From: Lama glama
Lineage: Eukaryota
Direction: 5' to 3'
Length of the DNA stretch: 64,000 bases
Assembly (NCBI GenBank): GCA_028534125.1
Contig: CM052816.1
Coordinates: 8,992,001-9,056,000, forward strand
Part shown: one piece after another, positions 26,846 through 37,207 of the stretch
How the letters are laid out: each line of letters opens with the position of its first letter
How positions within the stretch are numbered: position 1 is the first letter of the stretch
Made by a program: the position numbers and the translations under genes
The notes under the pieces: generated by a model
What the model was told of the DNA's origin: nothing
Database searches by the model: none
Seen by the model: only the letters and a program-made list of their open reading frames with translations

Positions 26846-29162
26846 ATGACAGTGACGCTGTTTCTGCTCCTGGTTCTTCTCAGTGAGGTCTGTGAGGAAA
26901 CATTTCTTCTGCCTCCAATAAGTAACATGATTCTTTCCTCTTGACAGTTCCTAAGTCTTCTTCTTCATCTTCTTTGAGTAGATACTGCTCCTGCTTTTCC
27001 AGAATGTCTTTATTCACCGTCCAGGGATGAAACCTCAAACTCCTGTTGCTCAAAAATACAACAAATGTTTCCTCCTCCTTTTTCCTTTTCCATGATATGT
27101 TCTTCATCTTAGCACTCTCTCGAATCTGCCTTTGGTTCCCTCCATCCTTGGGGAACTCAGCAGGCCTTCCAACTGCCCCTTGAGTCAGGAGGCTGCCCTG
27201 CATTTGCAGCATGGACAATGACCACCTTTGGGGAGAAAGCATTTCTATGCAACATGCCCTGCAGATCCACAAACTGATGTGAATAACAAGATGAACCATG
27301 ATCATAGCCTTGTCCCGGGAGACTGCCCACGTGCTCACTTGCTGCCCTGTACTCACTCTTCCTTGCCTTCTTCCGCCTCCTTATCTGCAGAATTATGGTG
27401 GAAATATTCAGCAGCCTCTCTCTGTGGACATGCTCCCATGAGGGGCTTCCATACTCAGCCTAGAAAATCTCACACCTGTCCGAGATCCCAAAGGCACACA
27501 GTAACACACAACACAAGCCAAGCGAAATAATAACAGATTCAGGAATCTCATTCTCAGTTCTCCTTTGGTATGTTTTCTAGATTAAACCTCCAAGCCAACA
27601 GCATCCCTCACTTTATATTTAGAGAGCATTTTACACACTATGATGTATGTCAGCTTCATTCCTGAATACTGATACATCTGCTTTCCACAAAGCTGGGTAA
27701 ACTGAGCCTCAGGGAGGCTACATAACTGCTGTGTGTCACTCAGGAGGTTGGCAGCCTCTTCACTTCAGCTGGCTACTCGCTCTGGTGTCACACGTTGTCC
27801 TGCTGGTGTCTGGGCACCTCAGCAGCATCAGCCATGGGGCTGTGGTCCTGCATCCCAGCACCCCGGCCTTGCTGTCATTCTGGATGATGCTTTCAAGGAG
27901 TTATGAAACAGTGAGTGCACTCAGCCACCTTGAGATGGAAACCTGCTCAGAGCAGCAACTTGTTCTTGAGCGTTACCGAAGATACCAAAGGAAGGGCTGG
28001 GAACAGATCTGATTCAACTGAAAGGAAGGAAGGGCGAGGAAGGGAGCCTCCCCACTGGCTCACCATGTTGGGTGGACTCCAGTGAAGCCTCTGGGAACTG
28101 AGCCCTGCTGACTCGGGGTGTTCTGTGCTCATTCTCCTTGGTTGGATGCATCCTAGCATGCTGACTGTGCTGGTGCCGTGGCTGACAGCCCCTGCACTAT
28201 ACAGAGATGCAGCACAGGAGGCTAATGGGTTTTCATTGATTCTGCCGATGAGGCCAGTGAGAGTGTCACCTAACATGAAAGAACCTGGAGCCTAGCCTGG
28301 CTTGCTGAGACCCAGGGGACTGGGCCTGTGTGTGTGGGCACACGCAGTACGTGGCCTGACAAGGGCATCCGGGACAGTGATTTCAGTGTCTTACCAGCAG
28401 ACACACTTGAGTGGAATGGACGTTCCACAAATTAGAATGACTGTTCCAAGGTACACCAGTGATCCTCAGTTTCCTCTAGCCCCAGATCTATGCTTTGGTG
28501 ACAGAACATGACCTTTATGATGGCACGGCAGGTGTCCCCTACCTACCTAGACAGTACTTCCCAGTCTTAGGAGCAGTGAATGAATCACCCGGGAAGCTTA
28601 TTAAGGACACAGATTCCTAGGTTCTATTCCTACAAATCCAAAGTAGGTCCCGAAATCTGTATTTCTACCAGCTCTGCAGTGAAGCTGACTCCGTGGTCCA
28701 CAGAACACACCCTAAGGGACACTAGCACAGCCCTTGCGGCATTCTCTCATGTTCTCTCTTTTCTTAAGATATGTCTGCATTTTTTTTTTTCAGTGGAGTT
28801 TGTAAAACTGAGAGAGCCACTGGTGGAAAACACTTGATCAGCTCTGTTGGGATGCCCCCGGGAGCTTGGGCATGAGGGGAGATAAGAGCGGGGCCCCACT
28901 CATCCCAGGAGAGCCACCCAAGTGGCCATATGTGGCACAGGCCACCCCTATTTATAGTTGGGCAGCCTGTTTCCCCCGCATCTGTGCTTCAGGAAGCTTG
29001 TGAGTCTGGGCTGTATGCCAACTGGGTCATGCTTCAGGAGTCCTCCAGGGTGGGAACCTCCCCCACTTCCCTCCAGGCTGCAGAAGCAGTGAACGAAGCT
29101 GGGATGGGGAGCCCTGGGAGACGGCGACACGGACAGGGAGGCACCCAGTGTGGACGACTCAC

Positions 29163-29275
29163 GGCTCGGTCCACGGATCTTGATGGGTTTACTGCTGGAC
29201 ATGGACTGGGAGCACGTCTGACACAAGCATTCCTTTCCACTGAAGGTCACCTTGTCTCCAATGGGGAAAGGCTTC
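29163..29275 (-). CDS. ABLIM3: ABLIM3 coding exon, 113 bp (end of LIM2 and linker)
   Basis: Acceptor cccccttgcag|G AAG CCT; donor AGC C|gtgagt. Encodes KPFPIGDKVTFSGKECLCQTCSQSMSSSKPIKIRGPS; phase 2 to 1. Confidence 0.97.
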
Positions 29276-31141
29276 CTGCAAGGGGGATGAAGGAGAAATT
29301 CAACACTTCCTCTGCAGGGGGATTGTGTGTGTATCAGTGACCTGACAACACACAGAACACATGTAGAGCGCCAGGTACATTCAAGTGCTGTTCACAGGGC
29401 CAGGCTGAATAAACCACTCAACAAGGGCGAGGACTGGAACTGGAGACCCAGTCGGGCCATTTACATGATTTTTAAACACGGGGAAAATCAGGACACTTAT
29501 CTGAGCTTACATTTCTCTTCTGTACAACGAAGAGGCTAAAAACTCCTCTCAGAGGTGCTGTGGCTTCCTGGAGGGACTTTTTTCCACCCCAACTTGACCT
29601 GCCCCCATATGTCAGGAAGAACTCATTCAACTCCCAAACTTGCTAAAAATTCCCTTTTACTCCCTAGGAAGTTCAGACGTCCACAAACAACCTCTTCCTC
29701 TGGTTGCCTGCACTTGCGCAGTTTGAGTTCCTCGGCGCAGGGGCTCAAGCTCGCACATGGTCCGCCTCCCTAACTAAATATAACCCATCTAGAAGCCCCA
29801 GCACAGCCCATCCCATGGTGCAGCTGCTCTTGCTTGTGCAGTCTGGGATGCCTGTTAATACTGGCCCTGAGCACACCCCCCACCCTCACAAAGCCTGCAG
29901 TGGCTCCACGCCTTTACGTCAGCAACATGGACAATGGAGGGAGTGCCGGGGAGAGAGGGAAGTGTGAACTCATTACAGCCCGGGCACTGACTCACAGTAA
30001 AAGGGCACAGCGTGACCTCGGGAAGGCGCCTCATCCTCATGTAGCTTCACAAAACCTTCACTTTATACCTCAAGGACCCCAATGTGCAAAATTCCAATGG
30101 GTTTGGGATTCCAGGACCTAAGGCCCAGGTATTAAGGGCTGGATGGATGAATGAATTCCACTGGGTGACTATATTGTCTTATGCACCGTGTTGTTGGTCT
30201 CAATCAGAAACTCTAATTGGTTAGTTACTCCTACTGGTGACTAACAGGTGGTTATTTTATGGGGAGAACAGTTAATCTATAAATTACTTTCCCATTTAAA
30301 AAATTGCACACGTGTACTCCAATAATGCTTTACTTACGACTAAATCAGAGTAATCCATTAAATTTTAACGTTATTGGTGGGCAGAGTGGAGGTTTTCTTA
30401 ATTTTTTCATCTCCTTAATGTGGTGCTTGGCATACAGTGGGCCCTTAATGTATATTTGCTAAGTTAAGAAGTGACTGGAATGCTGGGGGTCGGGAGGAGG
30501 GAAGGGGTGAGCTTTCCATCACCTCTTGGATGTCTTGAGAGGCTAGATGATTATCATTACGATAATGAAAAGAATAATAAAAGCAGACACAGTTATGAAC
30601 CAGTCACTGAGCTAAGGTCTGCGCACCATTTCATTTCTCTTCATGAAAACCCAGTGAAGCTTGGACTGGTTTTGAAGCCTATGTTACCGATGAAGCTGAG
30701 GCTTACAGAGATGGGATCACCTGCCAGGGTCACGGAGGAGGCTATAAACAGATATCCTGAGACCACATGTGGCTGTGGGCGGAGGAGCCCAAGCCAGATC
30801 TGTGGTTTCCAAACTGAGTTTTGAGAGGTCAGGAGACTCAGTGGTTCCTCTGGGGCCTTTTGATGGGAAGTGGAAGGCTAAGTGTGGGGGCTCAGATCCT
30901 CACTCTGGCTTCATTGCAGGACAAGTTGGTGTTTTCCATTAGATCACACTGGACAAACAGGATTCAGCTGCTAAAAGGTTTGACAGCCACTGGCCTGTCA
31001 GATCCTTCCACTCCTGAGATTCTAGAAATCCAAGTGTCCAGCATAAAGCCATGCAAGTCCCAGATCGGCCTGGGAAAGGCCATTTCTTCCCGTGCCAGGG
31101 GCCCAGGCAGAGAGTCCAGCCCCCACCGGTCATCCGCTCAC

Positions 31142-31325
31142 CTGCACAAGCTGCACACAAAGCACTTGGGGTGGTAGGTGCGCCCCAGTGCAGAGATGAC
31201 CTCGCCCGTGATGAAGTCCCGGCAGCTGTCACAGCGGGTGCCATAAAGCTGCTGGTAATCCTGCGTGCAGATGTATTCCTGGTTCTTGAAGAAGAAGCCC
31301 GACTGGGCCAGGCCACAGCCACACA
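31142..31325 (-). CDS. ABLIM3: ABLIM3 coding exon, 184 bp (end of LIM1, start of LIM2)
   Basis: Acceptor tttccccaag|TG TGT (AAG type); donor TGC AG|gtgagc. Encodes (V)CGCGLAQSGFFFKNQEYICTQDYQQLYGTRCDSCRDFITGEVISALGRTYHPKCFVCSLC(R); phase 1 to 2. Confidence 0.97.
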
Positions 31326-32373
31326 CTTGGGGAAACAAGGACAGAAACAAAGGAGGATGAGTCCAGGGAGGGTGTACAAGCATGAGGCTCTCGATGGGGA
31401 TGAGACTGGGGTCTGACTTGCTCATCAGTGGCCAGAGAAGGGTGACTTGCTGGACCTCAAGGGCCTTTGGGGCCAAGGTTCTTCAAAGGATGGCTGAAGA
31501 CCACTTGCATCACAGTCACCTGGTGGGCTTCTTAAGATGCAGCTGCCTGAGCCTTGATCAGACTCCCTGAGGTTGAGGCCCAGGCATCTGCATTTTAACA
31601 TACTCCCCAGCCAATCCTGACACAGACTGAGACCACCAATGTTGTACAATCCTCTCAAAACATGAATGAAAAGTTTAAGGCTATGTAGCTCATGCAGTGC
31701 AACATAGATGGTGGTATCATGAGTTTGAAAAAAAGAATCATTCAGTTAAAAATTTCCTGGGCACTTCCTGTGTGCATGACCCTAAGCTAGGTGAAGACAG
31801 TTTAGGATGGCAATGGGATATATGGTTTGAAGATTATAATGTGTCTTCACCACAGTCATAGAAGGTGGAATGATAAAACACAATCACTGAATTGCAAAGA
31901 TGTAACAGTATATGCAGAGGGAAGACCTTATAGAACATACATCATTGGGGATAGGCCATGGGTAACAAGTGCTGTGAGTGTGAGGAATCACTGAAGGCTT
32001 TCTGGAGGAGGCAGCAACTGAGTTGAACTTTGAAGGAATGGACTGAGCTAACATACAAAGGTAGGAAGTTGCAAGGGGTATTTGTGTGGAGATGGGGCTG
32101 GGGTACGGACGGTGTTTTTAGGGAGTGGAAGGAAATAATACAGGAAAATATTGCCAGGCCAGTTGGAGAACGAGGAGCCAAGTTCAGTTCAAGATGTTTA
32201 GGCTTTGTGGGAAACTGAGAGGCCACGAACAGTTTTGCCCCTAGCTGTAAAGAACTTGAAAAATGCTCAGACATATACAAAAGTAGACAGAAGATTATAA
32301 TGATTCCCCATCACCCAGCTGCAGAAATGATCAATTGTACTGACAACTTTTGAACAGAGAGGCAACATGATTT

Positions 32374-32515
32374 AAAAATTTTTTTTACATAGTATTTTTT
32401 GGGAGAGGGGAGGAGGGAATTAGGTTTGTTTCAAGAGGAGGTACTGGGGATTGAACCCAGGACCTGGTGCATGCTAAGCATGTGCTCTACCACTTGAGCT
32501 ATATCCTCCCCCCAA
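32374..32515 (-). mobile_element. tRNA-derived SINE, camelid Vic-1 type
   Basis: Minus strand reads ggggaggatatagctcaagtggtagagcacatgcttagcatgcaccaggtcctgggttcaatccccagtacctcc (pol III A and B boxes) then an A-rich tail. Perfect 18-bp TSD agagaggcaacatgattt at 32356-32373 and 32516-32533. Confidence 0.88.
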
Positions 32516-35500
32516 AGAGAGGCAACATGATTTTATAAGGTCTTTAGGGATATTCTTGTGGGCAATAAGAAGAAACGTAGGGCAGATGATAGAAGAGCAG
32601 GTGGATATAATTATAGGTGTCTGAACAACAAATAATTATAGATGTCCCTCCCCCAAAGGACTTAGAAATGTGGGAAATGAGATTTCCCTCTGAGACTGAA
32701 ATTATGAAATCAACACACAAAATGGGCAGAGCAGAAAGAGGCTAAATTTCTTCTAAGAGATCAAATGGCTCCCAGGGGCACCAGAACTGCTGAGTGTATT
32801 GATCCAGCCAAGGCACTGATGGGTCAGCCAGGAAGGGGCTGGTCAGCAATTAAGGGAAGGCCACTGGAGAGCTTGTTCAAATCCCATGATCAGCTCCCCT
32901 TGTTCTAAGTCTGCACGCACCAAGTGACTGTCTGATCGTTTGACTTTGTACATAGAGTGCCTTTGGGAGAGAAGCAGCTGATCAGGGCAACATGAACTAG
33001 TATAACGGAGAGTTACACCTCTTGTTTATGTTATAAACAGGCACTCTGGTTTTATACATTGGTTTCCTGAAGATGCAGTTAGCATATTCAGCTTTATCAA
33101 GTGTGATCCATGGGGTGGGGTGGAGGGAACCACCAAGATAGTTTCCAAGCCTGTAATTGCAAGGACCTGGCCTGGACTGGGTGACATCACCCCAGTAAAC
33201 ACTAGCTCATCTTTAACAGGGAAAGTTGTTTTGCAAAAGTAGCCAGGTTAACAGTAGGAGGGACTTTCAAGTGAATGTCAGAAGTTATTTCACAAGTGTT
33301 CGTTCACTGTGCAGGCCACAGGCAGGCTTAAAGGGCCAAGGTGAGGGAGGAGGGTAGCTCCAAATGTCGCAGCACCAGGGGACCAGGGGACAGTGCAGGA
33401 CAGTGCGAGGTGCAGTGCTCTGGGAGTCAGAGCACCTGGGCTCTGGTCTTGTCACTGCCACTAACTCTCTGGGCGACAATGAACTTGGACCTCTGTCGTC
33501 TGGGGCCTCTGCTTACCTCTATGGAAAACAGCAGAAGCTGGACAAGGAATGACCTGAGCTTTTCTTCTGACACTGACACCCTGTGAGTCTGGAAGGAGAG
33601 CTTCAGGGCTGACTATGCGCCTAAACACTTTAAACTCTCTGTGAGGTAGAGCTGGTAGCCCCTGGAGACCACCCTTGCTGGGAGGCAGGGCGTAGGAGTG
33701 GAGGTGGTAGTGGTTGGTGGGGAAGGGTTCATCTTCCACCAGCCTTCATGAAAATTCATCACGTCAGACAATGCCTGGTCTGGAGAGCAGACAAGGCCAG
33801 AGAACAGGCTGTTCTGGGGTGTGCAGGTGGCAGATCAATTGACTTCATGGCTGTGGAATTAGTTAGGCCATGGCCTACAACCTCATTGGAAACAGCTCCT
33901 GTTTTCCCCCCTTCTTTTCTCTCCTCTGTGTCCCCTGCCAACTCCACTCCCAGAGCCACTTTTCCCAGTGGAGAAAACCTGGAGGCCACTGGAAAACTTG
34001 GAACAATCAGTTCCTTCATTTCCCCCAAGGAGCTGAAGGAGGAAGTTTTTGGTAGAAAGGATGTAAAGGTTGATAAGAATCTCAGGGGCAGCTGGAAATA
34101 CAGTGGGGAACACGGGGTGGAAGGCCAACTGGACCAGCATAGCAGATGTATCTGAGGCTGAGCAAAGCCCCACATTCAAATAACAGGAAAGGCCATGGAG
34201 AGGGTCTGCAGCATGGAACTGGTGTGGAATTAATATACCCTAGGCAGTCGTCATTCTGTGAATCAAAAAAATGAAGTCTATTAATTTAAAAAAAGATCAT
34301 ATGATTTAACAATGGAAGAGAGTATGAGAAGTCAGAACTGCTTTGAGAAAGTCCAGAATGAATGCTCACTGTACCACTAATGCCTAGAAAGAGGCCTTGC
34401 ACACAGCCCGGCCACGTGTCTGGGGAAAATGTACTGTTTCACTGGTCACTGGACACTCATCCACATTCCTATTCTATCACTCCGGTGCTGTGTGACTTTG
34501 AAAAAGTGACCTCACCCCGCTGAGCTTAGTTGCCTCATCCGCAAAATGAGTGGGCTACGTGGTAACTGAGGACATATCCAGATCTAAGAGTCTAGGATTC
34601 TGTCATAGAATTCTGTTGATCTTAACTTTTCAAATGAGACAGTCTTACGGAATTCCAAAACCAAAGTGTTAGAAGGGCCCCTGAGGGCGTGCTCACTCAT
34701 TATTTTAAACATTTAAATTGTGAAATATATTATGCACACAGAAAAGGTGGCAAATATGTATATGTACAGGGTAAAGAATGATAATAAAATACGCTCCCAG
34801 GTCCCCACTGCCACGTTTAGGAAACAGAACATTATCAGCACCTTGGAAGCCTGTTCCTGTCTTCCTAAGGGCACCCGCCTCCCACACTGTCCTGAACTGT
34901 GAGTTGATCATTCTCTTGCTTTTCTTTACAGCTTTACCACCTATGAGGTATCCACAAACAATATATTGTTTAGTTTTCCCTGTTTTTGAACTTTACATTG
35001 ATGGAATCGTACTGCATTTGCCCTTCTGTGTAGATTTACTGCTTCATTCTCTAGTATTATGTTTCTGAGATTCATCCACATCGAAGCACGTGATCACACG
35101 TCACTCATTGTCACTGCTGTGCTAGATTCTGCCGTCTGATTACATCACAGTCGATCTAGTCTACTGCTGCAGGACATCTGAGCTGCCTGTGCTTTTTTTC
35201 CTCCTTTATGGAAATTTTGCTTTGAACATTCTTGTATTTGTGAGGTGATGCCTCACTATTTTCCAAAAATTTTTTCCCATTTATATTCCCACCAGCAGTT
35301 CTCACTGATCTATATTATCACAACGCTGGGTAACACCTGACTTCTTATTTTTAGTCAACACAGTGGAGGTGAAGTGATATCTTATTGTGGTTTTCAATTT
35401 CACTTCCCTGATTATTAATGAAAACTGAGAATCTTATTATATTCTTGTGCACCATCTGAGTTTTCTTTTCTATTGCTGAACAATATTCCACTGTATGGAT

Positions 35501-36093
35501 TATACCACATTGTGCTTATCTATTCATTGGCTGATGGATATTTGAACTGTTCCGTATTTTTGGCTTTATGAACAATATTGCTAGGAACATTCATGTACAA
35601 GTTTTTGTATGGACATGTTTTCATTTCTCTTGAGCATGTATCTAGAAGTGGAATTTAGAATTCTTGGGGTTATGTGGTAACTCTACCTTTACACCTAGAG
35701 GAACTGCAAGACTCTTTTCCAAAGCAGCTACACATTTTACATTCCCACCAGTAATATCTGATGTTCCAATTCCTCCACAATCTCACCAACACTTGTATTA
35801 TCTGTCTTTTTCTGACTACAGCCATCTGAGTGGGCATGACATGTATCTCATGGTGGTTTGATATGCATTTCATTGATGGCTAATGATGTTGATCATTTTT
35901 TCGTGTGCTTATTGGACATTTATATAACTTCTTTGGAGAAATGTCTATTCATATACTTTGCCCTTTTTGAAACTGGGTTGTCTTTTTATTATTAAGTTGT
36001 AAGATTCTTTATGTAGCTTAGATATAAGACTTTTGGCAGATATATGATTTGCAAATTTTATCTCCTGTTCTGTGGGTTGATTTTCACATTCTT

Positions 36094-36232
36094 TAAAAAA
36101 TTTGTTTTGGTGGGGGAGGTAATTAGATTGATTTATCAATCAATCAATCAATCAATCAGAGGTACTAGGAGTTGAACCCAGGACCTTGTGCATGCTAAGC
36201 AAACACTCTACCACTGAGCTATACCCTCCCCA
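36094..36232 (-). mobile_element. tRNA-derived SINE, camelid Vic-1 type, inserted in old L1
   Basis: Minus strand ggggagggtatagctcagtggtagagtgtttgcttagcatgcacaaggtcctgggttcaactcctagtacctc followed by (TGAT)n. Imperfect TSD gattttc-acattctt / gactttctacattctt. Confidence 0.85.
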
Positions 36233-36828
36233 GACTTTCTACATTCTTCATGGAATATTCTGAAACATAAGTTTTTAATTTTGATGATGTGCATTTTATC
36301 AAATTTTTAATTGTCTGTGTTTTTTTGTGTCTTATCTAAGAAGGTTTTGCCTAACTCAAGGTCACAAAGATTTGCTACTGTATTTTCTCTTAAGAGTTAT
36401 ATAGTTTTAACTCTTGCATTTAGGTTTTTGACTTATTTTGAGTTGAAGAAGAATGCAACTTCATTTTTTTTTGTTTTCATATGTATGTTCAGTTTTCCTA
36501 GCATCATTTGTTGAAAACTATTCCTTCCCTACTGAATTAGTTTGGCACCCTTGTTGAAAGTCAACTGACCATAAATACAAGGCTTTATTTCTAAGTTCTC
36601 AATTCTATTCTACTGATCTATATGTCTATCTTTGGGTTGCCACCACATTGTCTTATTTATGGTAGCTTTGTAGTAAGTTTTGAAAGTGGGAAGTTTGAGT
36701 CCTCCAATTTTGTTCTTTTTCAAGATTGCTTTGGCTATGTCCCTTCCCTTCCGATTCCATATGCATTTTAGAATCAGTTTGCCAATTTCTGCAAAGAAGC
36801 CAGTGGGGATTTTCATAGGGGCTACATT

Positions 36829-37207
36829 TGCTATAAACTGAAGAGTGTCCTCCCCCAAATTCATATGTTGAAGCTGCAAGCCCTAAAGTGACAGTATTTA
36901 GATTGGTGACCTTTAGGAGACAGTGAGGTTTAGATGAGGTCATGAGGATGGGACCTTCATTGTGGGATCAGTGCCTTTACTAGAAGAGACACCAGCAAGC
37001 TTCTCTCTCTCTCTCTCTCTCTCTGACATGGGAGGACACAGTGGGAAGGTGGCTGTCTACAAGCCGGGCAGGGAGCTCTCCAAAGAACCCGACTATGCTG
37101 GCACCTTGATCTTGGACTTCCAGCCTCCAGAACTGTGAAAAAATAAATTACTGTTGTTTAAGCTAGCCCGTCTATGTTATTTTGTTACAGCAGCCTGAGC
37201 TAAGACA
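36829..37207 (+). mobile_element. Solo MaLR LTR (MLT1A-like) inserted in old L1
   Basis: tgcta...cccccaaattcatatgttgaa...gctggcaccttgatcttggacttccagcctccagaactgtga...aataaa...gcagcctgagctaagaca; L1 sequence resumes on both sides; internal (CT)11. Confidence 0.88.

Noticed and set aside
26483..26928. Poly-Val/Met, poly-Thr/Ile and Pro-rich (extensin-like) ORFs
   Set aside because: Alternative frames of the GGT/GAT minisatellite; low-complexity artefacts.
30939..31570. Overlapping ORFs around ABLIM3 exons (e.g. 30939-31379, 31051-31416, 43209-43421, 15218-15718)
   Set aside because: Shadow frames or antisense read-through of GC-rich real exons; no independent support.
32435..32513. Apparent tRNA gene (also 36158-36231)
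   Set aside because: tRNA-like head followed by a SINE tail and flanked by TSDs, so it is a SINE.
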